Shown: positions 46,703 to 56,433 of the stretch, piece by piece
Position numbering within the stretch: the stretch's first letter is position 1
Layout: every line of letters starts with the position of its first letter
Assembly (NCBI GenBank): GCA_039208735.1
Contig: JBCCQY010000017.1
Location: 23,080-87,079 of the forward strand
DNA length: 64,000 bases
Direction of reading: 5' to 3'
DNA from: Myxococcota bacterium
Lineage (GTDB): Bacteria > Myxococcota_A > UBA796 > GCA-2862545
Position numbers and translations under genes: made by a program
The notes under the pieces: generated by a model
The model's input: the letters and a program-made list of their open reading frames with translations, nothing else
Told to the model about the DNA's origin: nothing
The model's database searches: none

Positions 46703-47905
46703 ATGGAGCAGGCGGTGATCGTCGATGCGGTGCGTACACCGGTCGGCCGCTTTCAAGGTTCATTGTCATCCGTTCGACCCGACGATCTTGCGGCGCACGT
46801 CATCGCAGCGGTTCTTGAGCGGACGGGCATCGATGGTGGGGGGCTGGACGAAGTGTTCCTGGGCTGCGCCAACCAGGCGGGCGAGGACAACCGTGATGTG
46901 GCCCGAATGGCGGTCCTACTGGCCGGGCTTCCGGACCACGTTCCCGGGGTGACGGTGAACCGACTGTGTGCCTCAGGGCTCGAAGCGGTGAACCAGGCCG
47001 CTCGCATGATTCAAACCGGGGATGCCACGCTTTGCATCGGCGGGGGTGTCGAATCGATGTCGCGTGCGCCGTTGTCGGTGCCCCGAGGTCCCACCCATCC
47101 CAAGGCCGGGAATGTCACCGCCTGGGACACCTCGCTTGGCTGGCGCTACCCCAATCCCCGAATGCAGGAGCGGATTCCGCTCGAGTCCATGGGGGAGACG
47201 GCCGAGAACATCGCCGAGGACATGCAGATCTCGCGCGAAGATCAGGATGCCTTCGCCCTCACGTCGCACCAACGGGCCATTCACGCCGAAGCGCAGGGCT
47301 GGTTCCACGGGGAACGCGTGGCGGTCGAGGTGCCCCAACGCAAAGGCCCGCCCGTGCGATTCGACAAAGACGAGAGTCCTCGGGCCGATACCTCAATGGA
47401 AAAGCTGGGTTCGCTCCGCGCCGTGTTTCGTGACGGTGGTTCGGTAACGGCGGGCAACGCCTCGCCGCTGAACGACGGGTCGGCTGCCGTCTTGCTGGCC
47501 GGTGAAGCCAAGGCCCGGGCGGAAGGGTGGCGGATTCGCGCTCGCATCCGGGCGATGGCGTCGGCCGGAGTGAATCCTCGCACGATGGGCTACGGGCCGG
47601 TGCCGGCCAGCCAGAAGGCACTCGCGCGCGCCGGACTGCAAATCAACGACATCGATTGTTGGGAACTCAACGAAGCGTTCGCGGCCCAGTCGCTCGGGGT
47701 GATTCGCAAACTCGGGCTTGACCAAGACAAGGTGAACCTGCACGGCGGCGCCATCGCAATCGGTCACCCGCTGGGCTGTTCCGGAGCCCGCATCTTGACC
47801 ACGCTGCTCTCGGTGATGGACCGGACCGACGCGACGCTCGGGTGCGCCACGTTGTGCGTCGGCGTTGGCCAGGGCGTCGCCACCATCATCGAACGGGTGG
47901 GCTAA
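46703..47905 (+). CDS. Thiolase (3-oxoadipyl-CoA thiolase PcaF/PaaJ-like)
   Basis: GCANQAGEDNR, NRLCASG, NEAFA, GHPLG, CVGVGQG. Confidence 0.93.
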   Translation: MEQAVIVDAVRTPVGRFQGSLSSVRPDDLAAHVIAAVLERTGIDGGGLDEVFLGCANQAGEDNRDVARMAVLLAGLPDHVPGVTVNRLCASGLEAVNQAARMIQTGDATLCIGGGVESMSRAPLSVPRGPTHPKAGNVTAWDTSLGWRYPNPRMQERIPLESMGETAENIAEDMQISREDQDAFALTSHQRAIHAEAQGWFHGERVAVEVPQRKGPPVRFDKDESPRADTSMEKLGSLRAVFRDGGSVTAGNASPLNDGSAAVLLAGEAKARAEGWRIRARIRAMASAGVNPRTMGYGPVPASQKALARAGLQINDIDCWELNEAFAAQSLGVIRKLGLDQDKVNLHGGAIAIGHPLGCSGARILTTLLSVMDRTDATLGCATLCVGVGQGVATIIERVG

Positions 47906-50900
47906 AGTCCGCGCGGGGCAAGAAGAGTCGGAACCGTGATCCCTGTCCGCGCACCGTGTCCACTGACAGGACGCCGCCAAGCCGCTGGGCAATGCGAAAC
48001 CCAATCGCCAGCCCGAGCCCTGCACCGCCGGGACGCTCGGCCGGATCCAGCCGCTGGAAGGGCTGGAACAGGGTCGCCATACGCTCTTCGGGGATGCCCG
48101 ATCCGTCGTCGGACACCTCGATGGTCACGTGGTCGACATCCGCACGCGCCACGATCGCAACCTCACTCGCACCCGCGTGTTCAATGGCGTTCTTGACCAG
48201 TTGATCAACCACCTGGTCCACCCGGTTGTGATCGGTGCAGAATCGGCCGAGGTCGTGGCACTCACACGACAGCGAAATGCCGCGCTCCAACGCGAACGGT
48301 CGAAGTCGCCGAGCCGCCGTTGCAATGGTGTCCGCCAGATCTTCCATCTCGAGTTCGACGTCGAGACGGCCCGCCTCGATCCTGGAAATGTCGAGCACGT
48401 TGTCGATGAGGCCGAGCAATCGTTTGGCCGAGGCGACAACCCGGCCCAGGTCGTCGCAGGCCATCTCATCGTCGAGATCTTCGATGAGCATCTCGGCGTA
48501 CCCCGTGATCGCGTTCAGCGGCGTGCGGAGTTCGTGGCTCATCGAGAGAAGGAATCGGCTCTTGGCGGCTGTGGACTCGCGAGCGATCTCGGCTGCACGC
48601 GCCATCTGGGCTTCGGCCGCGATTCGAGTCGACAGATCCGTGAACCCAAACAGCGTCAAGGTTCGACCATCCGGGGCGACCGCCTCGCTCCGCGTGACAT
48701 GCACCGGAACCTGCCGGCCGTCGTCCGTGCGCAGGTGATACTCCTCTGCGAATCCGCCCGAAAGGGGCTCGAGTCGCTCGGTGACCGGCGTGGTGTCCTG
48801 CGTGAGCCACTCCTCCGCCGCCCGATTAAGGTCCACGGTTGCGCCGGTCGGCTCTGCAATCACCACCGGGGTAGGGACCGCCCGCAAGAGGTCGTCCGCG
48901 TACCGCCAGGCTCGCTCCGCCGCGGCGGCGCGTTGCCGGATGCTCTCGGTGAGCCGTGCCTGGTGTAGGGCCACCGACGCATGCGCCGCCAGTGCACGCA
49001 GCAACGCCAGCGCCGTAGCCATCTCTCCGGTCGGAGTGTGCTGACTGTCCAAATACAGCGCTCCTAGCACCTCTCCTTCGACGGCCAATGGCAGCCCGAT
49101 AGCAGCGTGAAGATTCATGGCGACCACGCTCGCCCGTTCTCGCAGGTCACCTCGTTCGGCCAAATCGGTGGCCACCACTTCTCGACCGGTCGACAACACG
49201 CGTTCGACGATCGACATGGAAGGCGCTGCGTAGGCATGGGCCCCTGCCTGCGCCACCGGACGAGGCGTGCCGTCCTGGTCGATGAGCACCACCATGGCCC
49301 GGTCCGCCACCATCAACTCCACCGTGGCCGACGCCAATTCGGCAAGCAACTCGTCGAGGTTGTCGCGAAGTGCGATCCGGGTGGCGAGGTTGGTCAGGCG
49401 TTGGACCGGTGTGCGTCGTTCAGGACCCCGAGCCCGCATGAGGACCCGTTGGGCCCAATCGTGAAGAGGTGGTCGAGCGAATTCGTTGGCGAAGTGTACC
49501 ACCGCCTCGGCATGGTCACTGGCCTCTTCATGCCGCGACACCTCGAGGCAGGCTTCAGCCAGGAAGAGCCGCGCCAACGCCAATTCGGCTCCGGCACCGG
49601 CCTGTCGAAGAATGCGCAATGCATGGCGCGACGACCGCTGACAAGCCTCATCATCGCCGGCCTGGGCTTCGGCCCAAGCACAAAGGGCCCACCCTAGGCC
49701 ACACTCCACCAACGCTTCGTGTTCGACCGCCGACGCGACCGCGCGTTGGGCCAGGTCCGCGCCTCGGGCGTCCCGTCGCTGCACCGCCAACTGCGCCAAT
49801 CGCCGCGCGATGTGGGGCTCTCGTCCTGGGTCCCGCACCGCAGCATCCGCCGCATCATCGAGATGCCCTTCCGCACCTTCGAGATCGCCAGCCGCAATTG
49901 CTGCGTCGGCCAAGTCCAGGCGCACCAGCACGGCCAGGCGTTCGAAGGCAAGCGAACGCGCAAGTTCAAGGGCTTCTCGCCCGGCTTGTTCTGCCTTCTC
50001 TCGCTCCCCAAGTTGAGCGTACGCCGCACACAACCCCCGGGCGACCGCCATGACACTTCGGGGCTGATTCTTCGGCCGAAACGCCTCAAGCGCCGCCTCG
50101 AAGCACCGAACCGCCCCTCCCATGTCACCGACTTCAGCGAATGCGGTTCCCGCATGATGAAGCAAGCGAGCGCGCTCGACCAATGGCAGCACCGAACCCG
50201 TTCCTGCGGCCGCTTCGTAGGCCCCGGCGGCCTCACGGGTTCGGCCAAGGGCCCAGTACAACTGGCCCCGAATCCGGTCGAACCGCGCGCGGGCGGGCGT
50301 GCGAGCCCCCAGGGTCACGGGCACCCGGTCGATGACCCGAAGGGCGGCTTCGGGACCATGACGCTGATGGTCGGCCTGCGCGCGCATGCCGTGGCACTCG
50401 AGAAAGCAAGCGATGCCTTTTGGGTCGTGCTCCAACGGTGGAGGGCACATCAGCGCGAGATCGAGCGCCTCCGCGGGATCGACCGGCAGCAGCGCCTGGA
50501 GGGCGCGAGCACCCAAATCCGCGAGCAGTCCCGGGTCGGCGGTCCGTCCCAACACCGAAGCGATGCGCAGCCAGGGGGTCGGCGCCAACGTCTTCCAGTG
50601 CCGCACCAGGGCTGTACACGCCTCGGGGTCCGACTCCCGTTGCAATCGCCGGGCGACGGGGCCAGCGAACCGTAGGACCCCCGAGCGTTCGGCGAGCCAT
50701 CGCACCCGAACCAACTCGTCAACGTCGGAGATTCGCCCCCGCGCCAGCTGGATCGCGGTCCCGAGATCGATGGGCTGGGCCCAGGCGATGACCGTGGCCA
50801 GGCGAACCACCGGTGGGGCGAGGCGAGGCAAGGGCCAGACCGGATCCACCGTGAAGGAGCGAAGGAGCGTAGCCAACGCCTGCTCGCGAACCGTGGGACG

Positions 50901-51569
50901 TCCCCCGTCGCGGTACGTCAGGGCGTCGGCGCGAATCAGCGACTGCGCAAACCGCACCACGGGGCCGGGCCACGGTCCCGCGAGCGCGAGCGCGGTCTCC
51001 ACCAAGCGAACGTCGCACGAGGGTGCCCCGTCCGACCACTCGGTCGTCGAAGCCAACAGCCGCGAGAGCAGCGCTTCGACCTCGGCTCCAGTCAGCGGGG
51101 CCAAAGGAACCACCCGCCAACCGAGTCGGGCGACCGGACCGGTCGCGATGACCGTGGCCGATGCCGACTCCTGAACGGCCTGAACCACCTTTTGCGATCC
51201 GCCGTCGAGATCGGGCCAATCATCGATGAGGAGCACCCCATCGTGTGCGCGTAGATGGGTTGCGAGACGGCGGGCTCCGGTCTCCACGTCGGCAATGGGA
51301 CCCTCGACGGCCTCACTTACGGCGGCAAAGGCCGTCCCCCCGGCGTGCAGAACCACCGGCGTTCGTCCTCGCTCCGCGATGGTCGCGGCGACCATGCGCA
51401 ACGCGTGACTCCGTCCAGATCCGGGAGGCCCACACAACAACAACGAACCCGACTCCGCAAGGACGCGCGCCGCTGCATTCACGAGGACCGGTCGGGGAAG
51501 GGCCACCGTCGCCGCGCGAGCTCGCACGTCGTCGATCGTCGGTGGGCCGAACAGGTGAGCCATGCTCAT
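47886..51569 (-). CDS. P-loop/TPR/GAF/PAS-like hybrid histidine kinase
   Basis: GPPGSGRS; TPR-like helices; GAF (LGALYLDS); SHELRTPLNAI; DDGSGI, GAGLGL. Confidence 0.88.
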   Translation of the reverse strand: MSMAHLFGPPTIDDVRARAATVALPRPVLVNAAARVLAESGSLLLCGPPGSGRSHALRMVAATIAERGRTPVVLHAGGTAFAAVSEAVEGPIADVETGARRLATHLRAHDGVLLIDDWPDLDGGSQKVVQAVQESASATVIATGPVARLGWRVVPLAPLTGAEVEALLSRLLASTTEWSDGAPSCDVRLVETALALAGPWPGPVVRFAQSLIRADALTYRDGGRPTVREQALATLLRSFTVDPVWPLPRLAPPVVRLATVIAWAQPIDLGTAIQLARGRISDVDELVRVRWLAERSGVLRFAGPVARRLQRESDPEACTALVRHWKTLAPTPWLRIASVLGRTADPGLLADLGARALQALLPVDPAEALDLALMCPPPLEHDPKGIACFLECHGMRAQADHQRHGPEAALRVIDRVPVTLGARTPARARFDRIRGQLYWALGRTREAAGAYEAAAGTGSVLPLVERARLLHHAGTAFAEVGDMGGAVRCFEAALEAFRPKNQPRSVMAVARGLCAAYAQLGEREKAEQAGREALELARSLAFERLAVLVRLDLADAAIAAGDLEGAEGHLDDAADAAVRDPGREPHIARRLAQLAVQRRDARGADLAQRAVASAVEHEALVECGLGWALCAWAEAQAGDDEACQRSSRHALRILRQAGAGAELALARLFLAEACLEVSRHEEASDHAEAVVHFANEFARPPLHDWAQRVLMRARGPERRTPVQRLTNLATRIALRDNLDELLAELASATVELMVADRAMVVLIDQDGTPRPVAQAGAHAYAAPSMSIVERVLSTGREVVATDLAERGDLRERASVVAMNLHAAIGLPLAVEGEVLGALYLDSQHTPTGEMATALALLRALAAHASVALHQARLTESIRQRAAAAERAWRYADDLLRAVPTPVVIAEPTGATVDLNRAAEEWLTQDTTPVTERLEPLSGGFAEEYHLRTDDGRQVPVHVTRSEAVAPDGRTLTLFGFTDLSTRIAAEAQMARAAEIARESTAAKSRFLLSMSHELRTPLNAITGYAEMLIEDLDDEMACDDLGRVVASAKRLLGLIDNVLDISRIEAGRLDVELEMEDLADTIATAARRLRPFALERGISLSCECHDLGRFCTDHNRVDQVVDQLVKNAIEHAGASEVAIVARADVDHVTIEVSDDGSGIPEERMATLFQPFQRLDPAERPGGAGLGLAIGFRIAQRLGGVLSVDTVRGQGSRFRLFLPRADFSPPVR

Positions 51570-51665
51570 ATCGGCCTCATCGGCGCTCAAACGGCTCGCT
51601 GTACGGCGTTCGACGCCACAGCCCGGGGCAGCAAAGCTCACGCCGTGTGTGGTACGTCTTCGTGC

Positions 51666-52229
51666 ATGATGCCGCTGCTCTTGGGATTGCTGTCGTCTCC
51701 GGCGGTCGCCACCGACGCGCCGCCACTGCCACAGGGTCGGCTCGAAGTGGCCCCGCTCGTGGGGGGCGCTTACTTCGCCCGGAAGTTTGGCCTACGGGCC
51801 TCCGTGGTGTACGGCGGCGAGCTGTCTCACCACTTCCTGTTCGATCACGAGTACCTCGTGGTCGGCATGTTTGCGCGAGTGTACGGTTCGCAGTCCGGGT
51901 TTTCGAACTTGCCCGACACCAAAGTCGACGTTGTGATCGGCTCAGCCGGCGCGAGCCTCGGACTTCGCGGTCTGGGTCGCTTCATGCCGTTTGTGCGTGC
52001 CGGGTCGGGCTTCCTCTTCGCAGATGCAACGCCCTCGGGCTTCGAAGTGCGGGGTCGGGTGGGCTACGAAGTGGCGCTCGGCGCACGGTACTATCCGGTC
52101 GATTGGCTGGTCGTACGCGGTGAAGTCGGCGCCTTCATGCACGACAACTTGCCGCTGGGAGCCGGAAGCGGGCAGGCGGGCAACGCCATCCACTGGTTTC
52201 CGATCGTTTCGCTGGGAGTGGTTCGATGA
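51666..52229 (+). CDS. Outer-membrane beta-barrel-like protein
   Basis: Signal ..PAVA; PFVRAGSG and LGARYY strands. Confidence 0.7.
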   Translation: MMPLLLGLLSSPAVATDAPPLPQGRLEVAPLVGGAYFARKFGLRASVVYGGELSHHFLFDHEYLVVGMFARVYGSQSGFSNLPDTKVDVVIGSAGASLGLRGLGRFMPFVRAGSGFLFADATPSGFEVRGRVGYEVALGARYYPVDWLVVRGEVGAFMHDNLPLGAGSGQAGNAIHWFPIVSLGVVR

Positions 52230-52750
52230 TCACGTGGTTGGCGGGCTTAGCGTGGGGAGCTCCCGAAATCGCGCCCATCGATGAGGAGATCGGGCTGCGA
52301 ATCGCGGGAGGGACCTCGTTTCTCGTGGCTGACAAAGATGGCGTACCCGACGCGAATCGGCTCTTCGTGACCACCGGCCTGACGCTTGCGCGCATCGATG
52401 CCACCGCCGTCATTTTCGAGCCCGCGTTCGCGTTCGGGTACTCCGAGATGGAGCGATTCAGCTTTCGCGTGGGCGGCAACATCGAAGTCGAGTGGCGCGC
52501 AAAGGCCCACACGAGCCTCTATGGTTCCCTGGGTCTGCATTACTTCCGCTCGTTCACCGACCCCGAGATCCGCAAAGGAGCCCTTGTGCGCGGTGCCGTG
52601 GGCATTCGATTGGCGACCGGAGGAAAGGCATTCGTCGGCTTCGAGCCTCTCGCCATTGAACGGTTTCCCAACGGGGAAGGCGTCATGACGCCGCTTCGTT
52701 CCCGCTGGGGCGTTGAAGTCACCTTCATCTCGGCAGGAGTGCGCTTGTGA
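52226..52750 (+). CDS. Outer-membrane beta-barrel-like protein
   Basis: ATGA-coupled; amphipathic strands ending SAGVRL. Confidence 0.65.
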   Translation: MITWLAGLAWGAPEIAPIDEEIGLRIAGGTSFLVADKDGVPDANRLFVTTGLTLARIDATAVIFEPAFAFGYSEMERFSFRVGGNIEVEWRAKAHTSLYGSLGLHYFRSFTDPEIRKGALVRGAVGIRLATGGKAFVGFEPLAIERFPNGEGVMTPLRSRWGVEVTFISAGVRL

Positions 52751-53223
52751 TTGCGTGGGGTCTACTGCTGGCGTGTACGGGACCCGAGATTTCGGGCACC
52801 CCATCGATCGAAGTTGGAAGCGGACAGTTCGACTTCGAGGCTGTGAAAGTGGGCCAGGAGGTCCCGATTGTCCGGGGGCCGCAGGGCGGCGACCACGTGT
52901 GGCTTGGGGTGCGCATCCGCAACCTCGACCCGCGCCGTCTTCGCCTGGACAGTCAGCTCTTCACGGCGGAACTGCCAGAAGATACGGGCCTCGCCGAAGA
53001 AGTGAAGGAAGAAACCGTGGGCGAGCCGTTTTTCTTCTTTCCTCCGTTTTTCGACGATGAGGCTGGCGACAGCATCTTCCGGACCGCGGGCCTGCCCCAT
53101 CAGGTGGAGCGAAGCCGCGTTCGGGGACGACGACTGCGCCTCGAAGTGCTCGCGACCGACCGCGACGGACGGACCGCGACGGGCGACATGATCATCGTTC
53201 CCATTCGGGTTGATGACCCCTGA
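52747..53223 (+). CDS. Lipoprotein
   Basis: LLA-C; GPQGG.HVW motif; GTGA-coupled. Confidence 0.72.
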   Translation: MIAWGLLLACTGPEISGTPSIEVGSGQFDFEAVKVGQEVPIVRGPQGGDHVWLGVRIRNLDPRRLRLDSQLFTAELPEDTGLAEEVKEETVGEPFFFFPPFFDDEAGDSIFRTAGLPHQVERSRVRGRRLRLEVLATDRDGRTATGDMIIVPIRVDDP

Positions 53224-53242
53224 TCGCCGCTAGCTTTCAGCG

Positions 53243-53962
53243 TTATCCGGCGACTTTGACGCCGCGCTGGACCCCTGGCCGCTCCATGAACCGTCCCACC
53301 CACTGCTGGACGTTCTTGAACTGGTCGTACTGCACCGCATCCTTGCCTTCATAGAAGTCGAGGGCGTTGATCCAAGGCACGAGCATGATGTCGGCGATGG
53401 TGAACTCGTCTCCCACCACCCAGGCGCGGTCCGCCAAACGGCCGTCAAGCACCCCCAACAGGCGCGTGACTTCCTTGCCGTAGCGCTCCTCGCCGTAGGT
53501 GTCGGTCTTGCCCTTGGCGAACTTGAAGAAGTGGCCGAACTGGCCAAACATCGGGCCCACATGGCCCACCTGGAAGAACATCCACTGCAGCGTTTCGAGT
53601 TCGCCTCGCGGATCCGAAGGAATCAGGCGACCCACCTTCCGAGCAAGGTGAAGCAGAATCGCACCTGACTCCATAAGTACAATGGGCTGCCCGTCAGGAC
53701 CCTCCGGATCGATAAGGCTCGGGATCTTCGAGTTCGGATTGATCAGCTTGTAATCGTCGTCGAATTGCCAGTTCTGCATGATGTCGACGCGATGAGCCTC
53801 GTAAGGAAGCCCAAGTTCTTCAAGCACGATGCCGGCCTTTTGGCCGTTCGGCGTCGGGAGCGAGTACAGCTGGATCCGATCGGGGTGTTCGACGGGGTAG
53901 CGGCTGGGAAACATTGACATGGGATTCTCCATCGACGTCGCCTCAGTCCGTAGCATCGACAT
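53243..53962 (-). CDS. Glutathione S-transferase (YfcG/YghU-like)
   Basis: PTPNG, NPNSKIP, ESGAIL, GPMFGQ, TIAD. Confidence 0.92.
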   Translation of the reverse strand: MSMLRTEATSMENPMSMFPSRYPVEHPDRIQLYSLPTPNGQKAGIVLEELGLPYEAHRVDIMQNWQFDDDYKLINPNSKIPSLIDPEGPDGQPIVLMESGAILLHLARKVGRLIPSDPRGELETLQWMFFQVGHVGPMFGQFGHFFKFAKGKTDTYGEERYGKEVTRLLGVLDGRLADRAWVVGDEFTIADIMLVPWINALDFYEGKDAVQYDQFKNVQQWVGRFMERPGVQRGVKVAG

Positions 53963-55041
53963 CAGTAGAGAATGCCGTCCGCGGCTTGTTCCGAGGGCGG
54001 AACCTGATCCTCACCGAGGAGCTGACGCAAGTCCCGCTCGATCGTGCGACACAAGGCATTCATCGGAACGTCGTTGAAGCCACGCTCAAAGGGGTCCTCG
54101 CTGGCATCACCAATCCGATCCATCGACAGAAACACCCAGCCGATGAGTCCTGCAGATGCGAGGAAAGGGATGAGCCAGAGCAGATTGATCCAGGCGAACT
54201 CGGCTCCAACCATGGGCAAGTGCTCCGAGAACACGTCGAGCAGGCCAAACGGCACCAACATGACGAACACATTCACGAAAATGCCTCCGAATTCTGCGTA
54301 TTGCCTAGGCAAAGGCGTATTCTTGATGCGCTCACACTTGCCTTGCAGGGTGTACAACTCTCGAAGGATGGCCATCAGATCGACCTGATGGAAGGTATCG
54401 AGCTGTCCTGACCGGTGTTCCGCGGCAATCACTTGCCCTTGGTTGCGCACGATGTGGGTCGCCGGGTTGATCATGGCGGTGACCTCCTCGTACTCTTCGC
54501 GCACCAAGAACGGAGAAATCTCCTTTTCCCAGTCATTGCGCATGTGTTCGGCATGCGCCTCGAGACGTCGCTTCGTCGCCCTGGCCGGCCGGTCGAAGAA
54601 CCGAGACTTGCGACGCAACTGCACTCGCAGGGCGTTGATCCAGGCAAGGTGCCGGTAGACCAATGTCCGCCTTAGTTCTTGTGCCTCCTTACTCCCGTCC
54701 CCCGGGCGCACATAGGCCAATACGGCGTTGGCCCAGCTGCGGCTCTCATTCACCACCGCTCCCCAGATCTTTCGCCCTTCCCAGAACCGGTCGTAGGCCG
54801 AGTTGTTCTTGAAGCCCGTGTAGAAGGCAACCGCAGTCCCAATGGTGGAAATCGGCAAAAAGGGAATGGCAATCCACCTCAGGCCTGCTCCGGCGTAGAA
54901 CAGATACACGACGAGTGCCCACAGCACGCACTGCAGCATGAAGGGAACGGCGAGCACGGCAAAGCGCCGAGGCGGTATACGACGTTCAGCAAGCACGGAT
55001 CCTCCTCTGAGGAGATGCCAGGTATCGACCGACCTCCCCAC
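53962..55041 (-). CDS. Bestrophin-like ion channel
   Basis: GFKNNSAYDRFWEGRKIWG, CERIKNTPLP, EDPF. Confidence 0.9.
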   Translation of the reverse strand: MGRSVDTWHLLRGGSVLAERRIPPRRFAVLAVPFMLQCVLWALVVYLFYAGAGLRWIAIPFLPISTIGTAVAFYTGFKNNSAYDRFWEGRKIWGAVVNESRSWANAVLAYVRPGDGSKEAQELRRTLVYRHLAWINALRVQLRRKSRFFDRPARATKRRLEAHAEHMRNDWEKEISPFLVREEYEEVTAMINPATHIVRNQGQVIAAEHRSGQLDTFHQVDLMAILRELYTLQGKCERIKNTPLPRQYAEFGGIFVNVFVMLVPFGLLDVFSEHLPMVGAEFAWINLLWLIPFLASAGLIGWVFLSMDRIGDASEDPFERGFNDVPMNALCRTIERDLRQLLGEDQVPPSEQAADGILY

Positions 55042-55083
55042 CGGCAGCCTGACACCCTATGAGGGTCTGCAGGAGGGGGGGAG

Positions 55084-55521
55084 ATGTCACCGCGACTGTC
55101 GCTCTACATGTTCGAAGGCTGCGCGTTCTGCCAACGCGTGCGGATCGCGCTTGACGATCTTGGGTTGTCGATCGAGGAGCGTGACATTCGGGCGGTCCCT
55201 GAACACGCGACCGCCCTCGTCGAAGCCCTTGGCCAGTCCACGGTGCCCGTTCTGCGCATCGATCACGAAGAAACGACCGAGTGGTTGCCCGAGTCCTCGG
55301 ACATCGTACGGTATTTATACGAAGAACACGGCGACGGACGGCGGCCCCCGGCGCTGGCCACGGGCTTCCCGCAGACCATCGGGGCTGCCCTTGCGCTCGT
55401 GCTGTTTCTGCTCGCCTTGATCGTCGAAGGACCGGTCCGGCTCATCCTGTTGACGGCGGCTGCGCTGGTCTTCGCCCTGCGAACCAACCTGCAGCTGCTT
55501 TGGCGACTCCGAGGTTCGTAA
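55084..55521 (+). CDS. Glutaredoxin-like protein with C-terminal TM hairpin
   Basis: CAFC, TVPVL, ESSDI. Confidence 0.85.
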   Translation: MSPRLSLYMFEGCAFCQRVRIALDDLGLSIEERDIRAVPEHATALVEALGQSTVPVLRIDHEETTEWLPESSDIVRYLYEEHGDGRRPPALATGFPQTIGAALALVLFLLALIVEGPVRLILLTAAALVFALRTNLQLLWRLRGS

Positions 55522-55522
55522 C

Positions 55523-56221
55523 CTACTTGTCGAACATGGCTGCGATGCGCGCCTTGAGTTCGGGCGAGATCCAAACCGGCAACACATCTTGGGCGAATCG
55601 CTCCCGCTCGGCCGGATCGACCAGGCCGACCTCACCAAGGAGTTGCGCCTTGTTGTCGGCGTAGGCAGGCCCGGCCAACTTGGATAGGGCCTCGAAACGC
55701 TCTCGCGCCGTGACTATCGGTTTGTTGGCAAGGTCATCGAGGAACCCGACTTCGCAGGCCTGCTGTGGGTTGAATAACGTCCCTTCGAGGAAGACCCTGG
55801 TGTGGTACCGGCGGGGAAGACGATGCACCATCATGCGCAGCAGCGGCGGAGGGAACGGCAAGCCTAGTGCCGTTTCGTTCAGTCCAATCTTGACCTTTTC
55901 ATGTGTCGGACCGATGGCCACGTCGCACGCTCGAGCCACGATAGCTCCGCCCGCGATGGCGTGGCCAGTGACGCACGCCACGGTAGGCGCGGGATGCCGG
56001 AACAACGAGCCCACCACGCGATTGAGCAGGTCGAAGAAGTGAAGCATCGCTGCCTCGTCGGCGGCAAGGATCTCCTTGAGGTTGAGCCCTGCGCTGAACA
56101 CGTCGCCTTCACCATAAACAAACAGCGGCTCATTCCCCGCAGCCTCGATCTGGTCGCGAAGAGACTCCAACAGTGCCGTCGAGAGCGCGTTCTTTCCGGG
56201 GCCCGCGATCACGATATCCAT
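55523..56221 (-). CDS. Enoyl-CoA hydratase/isomerase
   Basis: FSAGLNL, GHAIAGG, IGLNE. Confidence 0.9.
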   Translation of the reverse strand: MDIVIAGPGKNALSTALLESLRDQIEAAGNEPLFVYGEGDVFSAGLNLKEILAADEAAMLHFFDLLNRVVGSLFRHPAPTVACVTGHAIAGGAIVARACDVAIGPTHEKVKIGLNETALGLPFPPPLLRMMVHRLPRRYHTRVFLEGTLFNPQQACEVGFLDDLANKPIVTARERFEALSKLAGPAYADNKAQLLGEVGLVDPAERERFAQDVLPVWISPELKARIAAMFDK

Positions 56222-56244
56222 GGTGTCACCGGGGGCTTGGAGGA

Positions 56245-56326
56245 TGCGGAAGGGGGGAATCGAACCCCCACGCCTCGCGGCACAGGATCCTGAATCCTGC
56301 GCGTCTACCAATTCCGCCACTTCCGC
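56245..56326 (-). tRNA. tRNA-Leu(CAG)
   Basis: GCGGAAG acceptor stem, D loop, CAGGA-TTCAGGA-TCCTG anticodon arm, long variable arm, GGTTCGATTCC; CCA not encoded. Confidence 0.97.
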
Positions 56327-56433
56327 GTGACACCGAAGTCCTATTCGTTGCCGATTTCGTCGTCAAGGTCGAGTCGCGCGGCGCTTGACCCGCTCGCGAC
56401 GGTGGATAGGTACTGGCGGAATTTGGAGGCCCG

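Noticed and set aside
56222..56320. N-terminal extension of the enoyl-CoA hydratase ORF (MAELVDAQDSGS...)
   Set aside because: It is the translation of the tRNA-Leu gene
56245..56326. tRNA as the integration site of an island
   Set aside because: No integrase and no duplicated tRNA 3' end seen in the window
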